From the human T2T-CHM13v2.0 reference genome, Homo sapiens: DNA of 64,000 nt. Below, in pieces: positions 52,500 through 64,000 of this stretch (its first letter is position 1; each line of letters starts with the position of its first letter). The translations under genes were made by a program, and so were the position numbers. The stretch lies in the NCBI RefSeq assembly GCF_009914755.1, contig NC_060944.1, one strand, 5' to 3'. The notes under the pieces are model-generated. The model was not told the DNA's origin, did no database searches, and worked only from the letters and a program-made list of their open reading frames with translations.

Positions 52500-53830
52500 G
52501 TGAGTTAGAGCATGAGTGTCCCCTGCGTGGGTTAGTGTGTGCGCCCGCCCGGTGCCCTCCGTCTTGGGAGTCTGGGCTGCTGCTCCGCGGGCTCTGGAGC
52601 CGGCGCTCCCCACGAGCCCGGACTCTCCGCCGCGCCCGGGAGCTGCGCAATCGGCTGCTAAGACGCCGGCGCCACCGGCTGGGCCCTGTTCTCCCCTCTC
52701 TTTTCTACAGTCTTACCCGCAGCTGACAGGGTTCGAAAGAGCATGAAACGGAGGAGACGTTACAGCAACGTGTCAGCTGAAATGATGGGCGTAGACGCAC
52801 GTCAGCGGCGGAAATGGTTTCTATCAAAATGAAAGTGTTTAGAGATTTTCCTCAAGTTTCAAATGAGGCGAATCCCGTTTTCCGCGATGCTGCAGCGCGC
52901 GGGTTTTAACCGCAGGGTCACGCGGAACGCCGCGCCGCGCGACTGTGCCTCGGTCTCTGCGCCCGGCTCTCCCTCCGGTCCGCAAGAGGAGGAAGGCCCG
53001 CGGCGTGCCGAGGTCAGCGGCGCGGAGCCACCAGGCGAGACGGTCACGGACGCCTGAACCGAGGTCACCGAGGCCACGGGGCCGGGAGGCCCTCAGCAGA
53101 GCCCGGGGGCTCCGCACCTCAAGGCCGGCCAGGAAGGAACAGCAGCAGGAGCCCAGGGCGCCCCGGGGAGCCCCCGACACGCGGGCCGAGCGCCCAGAGC
53201 GGCCCAGGCCCTCGCGAGGAGACCGGCCTCCCCAGGGCGGGGCTTCCGACTCGGGCGCCCGTGAGCCCCGGAGGCGGCGCGAAGGGGCAGAGTCCGCGTT
53301 TCTAACCAGCCCCCGGGTGGGCGGCGGCCCGCGCGGCACGGTGGGCGCGAGCGCCGTGGGCTGGGGCCGGCCTGGGCTTTCAGGGCGAGGGCTTTCCGCG
53401 CCGGCCCCAGCCCACCCGGCCCCGCTGCGCGCCCCTCACGCTGCAGCCTGGGAACCTGGGCCGGGAGCTGCGGGCCGCTCCGTGACCGGGAAGCGGGCCT
53501 GACCTCCCCTCCCCACCGCCGCCCCTGCGGTGAGATCCTGCCTGCCGGGGCGCAGGGGCCCGCGGTTGGGCTCCGGGAGACGGAAGAGGCCCCACAGCTC
53601 GGGCCCCACGCAGTGGACGCTGCCACTTAATTTTGGCGTAATTGATGTCAAGGCGGGTACCCGGGCCCCCAGTGAAATGCCTCATGAACTCGCTGCGAGG
53701 AACGGCGCTCCACGCGGTGCACGGTGGCCAATCAGAGCTGCCGCTTCTGATGGAGGCTGAGCCGGCTGGGGAGGCGTCTTGGCCAAGAACCAGCCCCAGC
53801 CTCGCTCAGGGCCCCAACCCGCAGACCATG
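52500..53830. promoter_or_regulatory. CpG island / bidirectional promoter of HAR1A and HAR1B
   Basis: Very high GC and CpG density on both sides of HAR1; GC boxes (e.g. GGGGCGG-type near 53235). Confidence 0.85.
52744..52861 (+). ncRNA. HAR1A: HAR1, Human Accelerated Region 1 (118-nt structured RNA element, human allele)
   Basis: TGAAACGGAGGAGACGTTACAGCAACGTGTCAGCTGAAATGATGGGCGTAGACGCACGTCAGCGGCGGAAATGG...CCTCAAGTTTCA matches the human HAR1 sequence as I recall it. It is exactly 118 nt, has complementary ends (TGAAAC/GTTTCA) and has 8 CpGs in the 5' part. Confidence 0.97.
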
Positions 53831-53887
53831 TAATTAAGCTGCGTTCTGCAGCCAGGGCAAGGTGCGGAGGGGCCTGTTTCTAGCATT

Positions 53888-54537
53888 GGGGAGGAGGAAG
53901 TGGGGAGGAGGGAGCGGGGAGGAAGGAGTGGGGAGGAGGGAGCGGGGAGGAAGGAGGAGTGGGGAGGAGGGAGCGGGGAGGAGGGAGCGGGGAGGAAGGA
54001 GTGGGGAGGAGGGAGCGGGGAGGAAGGAGGAGTGGGGAGGAGGGAGCGGGGAGGAAGGAGTGGGGAGGAAGGATCGGGGAGGAGGGAGTGGGGAGGAGGG
54101 AGTGGGGAGGAAGGAGGAGTGGGGAGGGAGCGGGGAGGAAGGAGTGGGGAGGAAGGATCGGGGAGGAGGGAGTGGGGAGGAGGGAGCGGGGAGGAAGGAG
54201 TGGGGAGGAGGGAGTGGGGAGGAAGGAGGAGTGGGGAGGAGGGAGCGGGGAGGAGGGAGCGGGGAAGAGGGAGCGGGGAGGAGGGAGCGGGGAGGAAGAA
54301 GCAGGGAGGAAGGATCGGGGAGGAGGGAGTGGGGAGGAGGGAGGAGTGGGGAGGAGGGAGCGGGGAGGAGGGAGCGGGGAGGAGGGAGCGGGGAGGAAGG
54401 ATCGGGGAGGAGGGAGTGGGGAGGAGGGAGGAGTGGGGAGGAGGGAGGAGTGGGGAGGAGGGAGCGGGGAGGAGGGAGCGGGGAGGAGGGAGCGGGGAGG
54501 AAGGAGCGGGGAGCAGAGGAGCAGAGCGGGAGGGAGG
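53888..54537. repeat. G/A-rich VNTR with ~14-17-bp GGGGAGGAGGGAG(C/T)-type units
   Basis: More than 30 regularly spaced GGGG runs. Confidence 0.95.
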
Positions 54538-54768
54538 ATCGTCGTGCAGGGGGCCTTTGTGGATGAGGCTGGAATGTCCCTGCCCCTCCGTTCCCTCCAG
54601 AGTCTCAGCTCTGAACATCTTCCCGCACCTCTGAGGAGCCAGGCCTGGAAACCCTCTAAAATAGATTTTTCTGCCTCAAGACAGAAGATGGGCGTTCCAG
54701 GCAGAGAAGAGCTGCCCAGTCACGTGCTCTGCTCCACCTGGTCAGAGACCCTTGACCTTTAGAAGACT

Positions 54769-54817
54769 GGACCTGAGGGCGTGGCTGGTGGACCTGAGGG
54801 CGTGGATGGTGGACCTG
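54769..54817. repeat. 21-bp tandem repeat, ~2.3 copies
   Basis: Unit GGACCTGAGGGCGTGG(C/A)TGGT. Confidence 0.8.
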
Positions 54818-55284
54818 GCCACCCAGCTGTAGCTTTTTGGGTTCCTGTGGTCCCATTTCTTGGGTCAATCTCACACCTGGCAGCTCCCAGGAAGACACCC
54901 CCAGGCCCCTCACACTCCTGGGGGCAGCTGGAATTGGCTTCAGGGCGGGACCAGGGGCCCCATGGGTGTTTGGAATCCCTGATCTGGGTCAGGCACTGGC
55001 AGCAGGATTCCAGCCTGGCCTGGACTCTGGTGTGTCCCGTTTGAAGAAACCCCGCCCTGTGAAAGTTCAAGTTTAGCATCCAATGACCCATTTAAGAGGT
55101 TTGCTGAGCCACGTCACAGGAGGGTCTGGGTGCAAACGGAGGTGGCAACACACAGAGCGAGCCTTGAGCACCCAGGTTACCCCCAGGACCTCCAGTCTGG
55201 CTGGGGGGCTCCTGCTGTCCTGTGGAGCAGCCCCCTGGGATCAGGGACGGGGCTGAGCTGGAGAGTGTGCAGGATTGATTAATG

Positions 55285-55551
55285 ATGTCTGCCACGGTCA
55301 GGCCAACTGCTGTGTTTCTGGGGCCCACAAGCTAAAAATGGTTGGAAAAAAATCAAAACATTAATATTTGTGACATATGAGAATGCTATGAAAGTCAACT
55401 TTGCTATCCATAAATAAAGTTTTATTGACATAGCCATGCTCACTCTTTCTCATATTGTCCATGGCTGCTCGTGTGTCCAGGCACATACCAGGAGGCTACA
55501 GACGGAGCTGGATTCTTTCCGGCCCTTTGCTGGAGGCATTGCTGACCCCTG
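55285..55551 (+). mobile_element. MER58B-like hAT-Charlie DNA transposon remnant
   Basis: AATGGTTGGAAAAAAATCAAAA...TCCATAAATAAAGTTTTATTG...TATTGTCCATGGCTGCT...GGCCCTTT...TTGCTGACCCCTG. Confidence 0.75.
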
Positions 55552-57557
55552 CTCTGAGGCTCCCCATGGCTCTCAGGATCCAGACCCCAGGCTTCCCAGG
55601 ACATTGGGGGCCAATGGCTCCCTGAGTGCCCTCCTCCCCAGCTCTTCTCCCACCCCTGCCCCCCCAGGAGCCCTCACCATGTGCCACTCACTGCCCACGC
55701 AATCTGACCTGTGAAGGGCAGACAGAGGAGCAAGCCTGCCTGAAAAGGAGGACTCTGACTTTGCCACTCCGCTGCCCTGCCTGGCCCCACTGTGGTGTTA
55801 CCAGGAAAGGCCATGGCAGAGGGACATGCCCACGAGCTGCCCTGGGGGAGAGCGGCTGGGGCAGGGAGGGCAGCACTGCCCTCAGAAAGCCCCGCGGTGG
55901 TGCCCCTACCTCCCCTGGGTTCCAGGAGTGTGGACAGACCCTGCTGGGAGCAGATGGCACTTCTGCAGCTGAGGCCTGCTGGACGCTGGGCCATGCCGGG
56001 GACTTGAGCCTGGGGCCACACGCTCCTCCTGGCCGATGTCACCACTCCTCTTCCAACAGTCTTGGCCCCGGGGTGGGCCTGCTCCCCGCCCACTCTCTGT
56101 GTGGACGGATCATTGCTGCCGCCCTCTGTTCCTCCCTCCCAGGACTCAGAAGAGGGGCCTGGTGTGAACAGGAGGCAACCGCTGACCCCTGGCCTGTGCC
56201 CACGCAGAGGCCACCTCCCAGTCTGGTCTCTCTGGGCCAGCCCCTGGAGTGTGCAAAATTGAAAAATAGAAATTCCTGGGAAGTGCTGACTCTCCTGCAG
56301 TGCTCAGAGGTTCGCCAGGCCTGTGCCTGTCTTGGCCGGGCCCACGGCTCTCAATGTGGTGGCCGCCATCCCGCCAGCCTTGGCCGCTCGGGGACTGTGG
56401 GCTGCGTGCCTCTGATGTTGCATGGGAGCTCAGATCCCCCATCTGTGGACTGAGGCCTCTCAGCCTGGTGGCCGCTAGACCCAAATAACACGTGGACCCG
56501 GCCCGGCCGGGTCAGACCCCATCGAACACTTGGGGGTTCCTGTCAATCACAGGCCCTATGCCTTGCCCAGTGCCTCAACGCCCACGGGGTCAGCTGTTCC
56601 ACTTCCTGACACCCTCCTCTGCACTGGGCCAGCCTGGCAACCCCACCTCCGCCACAACATAACCCCGGATCTGCCCCACCCCCACCCTCCCACAGAACGC
56701 CACTGCGCTCCCGCCCAAGTCAGTGTTTCAGGAGGAGCACAGCAGAAGGTGCAGGAAGCCGAGTCTGGCCAACACCCTCCAGAAACTCATTCCTGCATCC
56801 CCCTGGGAGACCTGGACTGGGACATGGGCACAGGGAGGACCTCTATGCTCTGGGGCGTGGGGGTGGGTAGAGTCAGGAGGGGATGTGGCAGGAGACATGC
56901 CCAGCCGCTCTCCGAATCTGCAGGAGGCACCTGCCATGCAGCTCGGACCTCCCTGGGCTTCCGGGCTTGGTGACCACAAGGCTGGGCTGAGGGTGGGGGC
57001 AGCTGGCCCAGTAGGGGCGGCGCAGGTGACCCAGAACAGGGGCTGTGGGAGGTTAAGGGCTTGCTGGAGCCAGGCTCCGGGGCTCCTGGAGGAGGGGAGA
57101 CCACAGGAAGACCTGGTCCTGGAGGGTCCTGGCCCCGTGGGCACTCCGTCTTTCTTCCTAAGGAACAACCACACCTCTCCTGCAGCCCGAGCTTTTCTTA
57201 GAGACCAAGGAGCCCGAACAAGAAGCATATTTTCCACATAACCTTTGCTTTCCCATGGGAAGGGACGATGGCCTGCACTTGCTGGCAGTTTTGGAGGCAT
57301 GCCCAGAAGTTTGTGTATCTGTGGATGCTGGGCCAGACATGGGCGGGACCGTGTTGGGAGGGGCCTCGTTGCTGGTGTCGAGGGAATGAGCTCCTCACAG
57401 GCCTCTGGACAGTGGCCCCAGGGCGCCCAGCCCCTTCTTATCCTAATCGAGATCCCTAGAGGACACCCTGTGTCCCCTGAGTTCTCCAGGGCTGAGGCTA
57501 TCTCTGCCCCATGTCTCAAGCCTCAAGAGGCTCTCCTCTTTCTTACCCGAAGAAACT

Positions 57558-58110
57558 GTGGTTGGCAGGACAACAGTCCCCCAAACGTGTCCACGCCCCA
57601 ATCCCAGGACCCCGTGACCCTGTCCCCAAGTGGTACAGGAACTCTGCAGACGGGACTGAGTTAAAGACCCCGTGACTCTGCCCCCACGTGGCACAGGGAC
57701 CCTGCAGGTGGGACTGAGTTAAGGATCTTGAGCCAGGAGGTCATCCCTGTATAATTCTATTCTATGCCATAATCTCTTTACATATAAAATAAACCTAATT
57801 GTATGTAATCTGTATTTATATATTTTATTTATGTTCCTTCCTCCTTATAGGAGCGAGGCAGGAAGTGAGGCCATGGGAGCAGAGGTCAGCGAGCTGCAGT
57901 GTGAGGATGGAGGAGGGGCCACAAGCCAAGGGATGCGGGCGGCTCCAGAGGGTGGGGTGGCAGGAAGCAGGTTCTCTACGGGAGGCTCTGGAAGGAGCCA
58001 GCCCTGCAGACAGCAAGATTTTAGCCCAGTGAGACCCGCTCTGACCTCCAGGACAGGAAGACGACACGTCGTACTGTTTTAAGGGCTCATTTTGTGGTTT
58101 GTGGAGGCAG
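57558..58110 (+). mobile_element. MLT1D-like LTR with an internal ~60-bp duplication and an AT-rich insert
   Basis: TGTGGTTGGCAG...GGAGGAGGGGCCACAAGCCAAGG...CAGCCCTGCAGAC...GATTTTAGCCCAGTGAGACC. Confidence 0.7.
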
Positions 58111-59306
58111 CCACTGGTTCTGACACCAATCGACCCTGATTCCTCCAGTGAGTCCAAGAGCACAGAACAGACTCCCACTCTGGCTGAGGACACGGTGAGG
58201 GAACTGTGGTGACCCCAGTTCCGTTCATGTGGCTGTCACTCCAGGAGGATGGCTCTAGAGCAGGGAGGGGCCAAAGAAGGCGAAAGCAGACAACGGGTAG
58301 CCCATGCTGGGAGGGGTTGCATGTGTGGCAGCCACCTCTGAGCGGGGGACACCTGAGCTGGGACCTGTGCGGTCATCTGGGAGCTGAGGACTCCAGAGAC
58401 CATGTCAGGTTGAAGCCATCCAGCAGGAGTGACCTCAGACCCAGAAGGCAGCAGTGAGGCTGGACTGGGGACAGCTGGAGAGATGGAGACACAGGGGCCA
58501 GCAGTGATGGGGACAGGATGCTGTGTGAGACATCCCTGGTGATGCCTGGCAAGGTTTCCAGCAGGGGATGGGTAGGGTTTGCTTTGTGCTTTCAGAGAAG
58601 CTCTCCAGTGGCTGGAAGGGTAGGGGTAGCCCAGCTTCAGTGCCAGGTGCTGGGGTCAGACAACGCGGCTCCCTCCACTCCAGGTGGGGAAGGGTTACCC
58701 CATGGACCCTCCTCGATTCTCTGGCCCAGAAGGGTCATGTCAGGAGGATGGGCGTGGGAGCTGCATCTCCCTGGAGTCCCTACTTTCCTCTTTCTCAGAC
58801 TGATCCTCTCCAGGGGAGCAGAGCTGCTGGTGGCTCATTAATTGTGATCAACTGTGAACCCTGAGGGAATTGTTTTACTTGAGGGAAGGTGGGGCAGAGA
58901 ACTGAGGAGGGAGGGAGGCTTCTGGTGAGAACCCCATTTCCCAGATGACCCCTGACAGCACCCCTGACCCCAGGACATGGAGACCACTGCCCACAAAGGG
59001 AGCCTCCCTGCAGCTGGAGGGGCTGCTCCCTGCTCCAGTCCCCTCAGGTTGGACTGAGGCTCGGCTTCAAAAGGGCCCTTGGGCGGGAGCCACCTTCCAG
59101 GCAGTCACCCCCGCCCCCAATGGTGGGACCCAGAGGGCAAGAAATAGACACGTCTCTTTCCCTGGATTGCAGGGACCTCTAGCCAAGCAACTCCACTCAT
59201 TTCAGCATAATTCCTTATTCATAATGTGTGAGTGAGGTGGCAAGGGCCATAAAATCAGCCAATAATACAAAATCTTGTAGTCTTGTTTTGCAGTTCTTTC
59301 CCAGGG

Positions 59307-59583
59307 CTATAGCCCGAATGTTTATGTGTCCCCCAAATTCCTATGTTGAAATTAGAACACCCAAGGCAATGGTATTCAGAGGTGCGGCCTTTAGGAGGGG
59401 ACTAGGCCATGGGGGTGGGGCCCTCCTGAATGGGATTAGTGCCCTTCGAAAAGGAACCCCAGACTGACCTCTCACCTCCTGCACTATGTGGGGACACACA
59501 GAGGAGGCACCATGGATGAACCAGGAAGCCGGCCCTCACCAGACACAGGACCTGCCGGCGCCTTGATCTTGAACTTCCAGCCA
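59307..59583 (+). mobile_element. MLT1A-like LTR fragment
   Basis: GAATGTTTATGTGTCCCCCCAAATTCCTATGTTGAAA...GAATGGGATTAGTGCCCTT...CCTTGATCTTGAACTTCCAGCC. Confidence 0.8.
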
Positions 59584-59599
59584 TACATATGTATATCGT

Positions 59600-61710
59600 C
59601 TATATTCGGCACCATTCCCACCAGCAAGGCGCAAGAGTTCTAACTGCTCTGCAGCCTCACCAACACGTGTTATTTTCCATGACCTTTATTATGACCATCC
59701 TAGTGGATTTGAAGTTGTATTTCTTTGTAATTTTGATCTCCATTTTCCTAATGACTAAAGATGTTGAACATCTTCTCACAGGCTTATTGGCCATTTGTAT
59801 ATCTTCTTTGGAGAAAGGTCTATTCAAGTCCTTTGCTCATTTATAGTTGGGTTGTCTGTCTTTTTGTTGTTGAGTTATAAGAATTATTTAAACATTCTAG
59901 ACCTGAGTCTCTTATCAAATATGTGATTGACAAATATTTTCTCCAATTCTATAGATTGTCTTTTTACTTTCTTGATAATACCCCTTGATGCACAAAAGTT
60001 TTTAATTTTGATGAAACTGAATTTTTTTTCTTGTCTTGTTCGTGCTTTTGGTGTCTTATCTAAGAGTTCATTACCACATCCAAGGTCATAAAGTTTTACC
60101 TCTAACATTTTACTCTGAGTTTTATAGTTTTAGCTCTTACATTAAGATATTTGACACATTTTGAGTTTATTTTTGTATATTGTGTGAGGTAAATGATTTT
60201 TTTTTGCTTGTGAATATATAGTTGTCTCAGCACCATTTGTTGAGGAGATTATTCTTTCTCTATTGAATTGTCTTGGCACATTTGTTGAAAATCAGTTGGC
60301 CATAGATATATAGGCTTTCTCTGAAATAGATTCTATGCTATTGGTCTATATGTCTATCTTGATGACCGCATCATACTATTTTGACTACTGTGGCTTTGTT
60401 CTAAGTTTTGAAATTAGAAAATATCAGTCCTCCATTTTTTTCTCCTCTTTCAAGATTGTTTTGGCCACTTGAATCTCCTTGAAATTTCATATAAATTTGA
60501 GGATTGGGTTTTCATTTTCTGCAAATGATCCTTGGAATTTTGATAGAGGTTGCATTGAGTCTGTAGATCATTACGGATAATATTGCCATCTTAATATTAA
60601 GGCCCCCAATCCATGAACACGAGATATCTTTCCACTTCATTCCTAGGTATTTTATTCTTTTGGGTGAGATTATAAATGAAATTGCTTCCTACCTTCTTTT
60701 CAGGTTGTTCATGGATGGTGTATAGAAACACAACTGATTTGTGTGTGCTGATCTTGCACCCTGCAAATTTGTTGAATTCATTCATTTGCTCTAAAGGGTT
60801 TTTTTTTTTTTTTGTAAATTTTTTTGGAGATTTCTGTATATAGGATAATGTCATCTGCAAATAGAGATTTTTTTTTCTTTTTTCCCCAGTTTGAATGCCT
60901 TTTATTTCTTTTTCTTGCCTCATTTTTCTGGCTAGAACTTCTAGTATGATGTTGAATATTAGTGGTGAAAGTGGGCATCCTTGCCTTGTTCCTGGTCTTG
61001 GCGGAAAGCTTTCAGTCTTTCACCACTGGATATAATGTTAGATGTGGGTTTTCCATAAATGCCCTTTATCATTGTATTAGGCCATTCTTGCATTGCCATA
61101 AAGAAATGCCTGAGACTGGGTAATTTATAAAGAAAAGGCGTTTAATTGGCTCATGGTTTTGCAGGCTGTATAGGAAGTGTGGTGCTGGCATCTGCTCAGC
61201 TTCTGAGGAGGCCTCGGGAAGCTTCGAATCACGGCAGAAGATGAAGGAGGAGCAGGCAGGTCACATGATAAAAGCAGGAACAAGAGGGGGTGGGGAGATG
61301 CCGCACTTTTAAACAACTAGATCTCACGAGAACTCACTCACCATCTCGAGGACAGCACCAAGCCATGAGAGATCCACCCTCACAACTCAAACACCTCCCA
61401 CCAGGCCCCACCTTCAACACTGGGGTTCACAGTTCAACAGGAGATTTGGGCAGGGATATATATTCAAACCAGATCAATCGTATTGAGGAAATGCCCTTGT
61501 ATTCCTAGTTTTCCAAGTATTTTGTCATGTAAGGGTGTTGGAGTTTTCAAATGCTTTTTCTGCCTCAGTTGAGATGACCATATGGATTTCTCAACTTTGT
61601 TTTATTAATGTGGCCTATTTTGGTGCTTGAGTTTTATACGTGGAATCGTCCTTGCATTCCTGGGATAAATCAAACTTAGTCAGGATGTATAATCTTTCTC
61701 ATATGCTCCT
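59600..61710 (-). mobile_element. Decayed L1M ORF2 fragment interrupted by MSTA
   Basis: Minus-strand ORF remnants RQEKEIKGIQTG... and SLFADDIILY (the RT FADD motif). Confidence 0.9.
61073..61476. mobile_element. MSTA-like MaLR LTR
   Basis: TGTATTAGGCCATTCTTGCATTGCCATAAAGAAATGCCTGAGACTGGG...CA; 5-bp TSD ATCAT/ATCGT. Confidence 0.9.
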
Positions 61711-62449
61711 GGGAGGGTGTGGAGGCTCAGTTCCCCACTAGGCCCTGCTGACCCCATCCCATAAGAGATTGGGTCACCACCTATTTCCACCATGCAGGGG
61801 ATAAATGATCCACTCTCTGCTCAGCCGGTCGACACCACTGAGTGAGGACATCAGAGAACTGCCACCTGCCTCTGCAGGGTGGGGGTGAGGTGGAGTGGCC
61901 TCTCTGAAACCACATTGGTGTCTGGCTAGAGTAGGGATGACAATGCCTAAAGGGGGCTCTGTTGTTTGACCACCCTCTCCTCATGCTTTGGCTGGGAGGA
62001 AAGCTCCAGGCTTCTCCTGGAGAGTTTTACTCTGTCAGTGATGACTGCAGGTTGAAGGCCACTGCAGTGTCCTGTCTATGATGTGTGGGAGGCAATAAGG
62101 AAACCCAGGGCACTCAGCACCACGTCATCCTGAGTCTGGAGGCTCCCAGGCGGTGGCCTTCTAGGCTCCTTGGTTGTGTTATGTGCAGGACTTTTGGGTT
62201 TTAGTGGGAAGATCCAGGAAGATTGGGCCGCTCCATTTTGGTGGAAACAGAAGTCTCCAATTCACCCCCTTTTGAGTATCCTTTGAGGTTTTGATGGGAA
62301 CGTGATGACTTCAGAGGCAAATCTGAGGAGTGCTGGCACCTGCATGCTGCATGTCTTCCTACATCCACGGCACACATGTCCACATGACCAGGCCATCCTC
62401 AGTGGCCTTCACAAAGATCACATGTGTCCTTGATGGGCGACTCTTCATA

Positions 62450-63360
62450 TCTTTCTTCCCCATTGCAAAGGGAATTACTTTTAATTGTTCTTTATTATTT
62501 TTATAGGGATGATAATGATTTTTGTACATGAAGCCTATACTTTGCTGATTAGTTCTCATAGTTTAGCTGCATATTTCTCTGAGCTTCTGTGCAATTATAT
62601 TCTATACGAGAAAGGACTATTTGTCTCTCCCTCAATTCCTAGTCCTTGTCTTTTTTGTTTTGTCTTGTGATATTGGCTAGGACCTCTAATACAAACTAAA
62701 TATAAGTGTGATAATGGGCCTTTTTGACTTGTGCAATAATATTTCCAAAGTTCTATTATTAAATGTTATGATGTTTGCTGTATTTTTTTTTGCCTTGTAT
62801 CCCTAGCTTGCTGAGAATTTATCTGATTAACGCTGCAATTTGTGGACTGCATTTTCTTGCCTCTGTTGAGGTGATCACATGGCTGTTCTCCTTCCAGTGG
62901 TTCATGTGGTTTAAAACAAAGTGTTTCTGAGATTGAGCCAGCTTTGCATTCCTCTTCATGACATACTGTTTTATATATGGATGGACTTGATTTTCTAGTG
63001 TTTCTTTAGTCCTTGTCCTGTTTTGATATCAATATTATACTAGACTTACACATTACTTGGGTAGTTTCCTTACATGAAAAACTTTTAAAGACAGATATTT
63101 ACTATTCCTAGAAAGTTTGGTGAAACTTGCCTATAAAACCTGGATCCAGAGGTGTGCGTGTGTGAGATAGAGGGAGAGAGGTTCAGTTACCATTTTGATT
63201 TGTTCAGTGGTAACTGATTTGTTCACTTCTTTTGTATTTTTGAGTCAATTTTACCATAGTTTTTGTAAAATTATTTATTTTATCAGTATTTTCCAATTTA
63301 CTAACATAAAGTGCTTGGTGTGATTTACAGTTTTTAAAATCTGTACTGTGTCTACAAACA
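62450..63360 (-). mobile_element. Old L1ME-like fragment
   Basis: AT-rich; TTGGCTAGGACCTCTAATACA, TTGAGGTGATCACATGG and AGTTTGGTGAAACTTGCCTATAAAACC are typical of antisense L1M. Confidence 0.65.
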
Positions 63361-64000
63361 CACAATATTCTATTTTTCTCTATCCTAATTTAAAAATCTG
63401 TTCCCACCTGCATGTGTCTCACATGCACACACACAGCACTGATGGAAACAGCATGCGTGCAGTAAGTATGTAATCCTGGTGACTGCACAGACCCCGTGGT
63501 GGAGGAGAACAGCAGGCAAAGCAGCTGTTGATCCAGGAGCTTTTGATGCAAGGTTCATCTTGGGATCTAGACACAGACATAGGTGGGAATGGTGGGTTAG
63601 GGCTGTGCTGTACCTGGCCACTCTGGACCATGCCAGGGAGTGCTCTCACAGGTGCCCCATGGCCACCTCTGTTGCCCCCACAGCCCAAGGAAGGACTCTC
63701 CCTGTGCCAGCTTTGACCAACACTGCCTTGGCTGTGAACCAAACTGGACAGAAACAGTGTCTTTGCCACAAGTTCACGCCTGGTGAGGGAGAGAACTGAG
63801 ACACGTGGAGTCCCTGATGCAAGGATGGTGCAGGGCATGGACAGCAGGAAGGTACCTTGAAGGGAAGGCTGGGAGGGGTGGGGCCACAGAAGGAGAGGCC
63901 CGAGAGGCATTTGTGGCCAAGAGTAACAAGGGCCCCCCACTTGGACTTTACTCACTTCTCATGGGCACTCCACGGCGGGTCCTCAGGCCCTGGAATGTGG

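Larger units (their letters stand above)
52400..55440 (+). ncRNA. HAR1A: HAR1A (HAR1F) lncRNA; boundaries approximate; candidate intron 53530-53851; candidate polyA signal 55413-55418
   Basis: Contains HAR1 in sense. Donor GCG|GTGAGA at 53530, acceptor GCGTTCTGCAG ending 53851, AATAAA at 55413. The TSS cannot be determined from sequence. Confidence 0.75.

Noticed and set aside
51395-52650. RE-rich and SL/P-rich ORFs
   Set aside because: Products of the CT tract.
53806-54762. Gly/Glu/Arg-rich and Pro-rich ORFs in HAR1A
   Set aside because: Products of the G/A VNTR.
59600-61070. Reverse-transcriptase-like peptides (FADD motif)
   Set aside because: Frameshifted dead L1 ORF2, not a novel RT system.
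62114-62130. RE1-like TCAGCACCACG
   Set aside because: The right half-site GGACAG is absent.

Overview
Human genomic DNA (GC-rich, with primate Alus, L1M, MLT/MST LTRs and many VNTRs). It is identified as distal 20q13.33 by the 118-bp Human Accelerated Region 1 (HAR1, human allele) at 52744-52861. HAR1 lies in a CpG island where the antisense lncRNAs HAR1A (+) and HAR1B (-) overlap. I can support no protein-coding gene: the long ORFs mostly run through tandem or simple repeats, and a few short ones are decayed L1 ORF2. HAR1 itself is well known. The less obvious observations are: (i) back-to-back, opposite-strand splice sites about 30 nt upstream of HAR1; (ii) a strand-mirrored architecture in which a 776-bp pyrimidine tract and a ~650-bp purine tract flank the HAR1 island; (iii) one canonical and one wide-spaced REST/RE1 motif; (iv) an apparent GC-enriched conversion tract between two L1M copies; (v) a micro-intron next to a VNTR whose long units carry splice acceptors; (vi) several AT-rich homeodomain/POU-motif islands that look like enhancers. 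Gene boundaries, splice usage and repeat subfamilies were inferred by eye and need checking.
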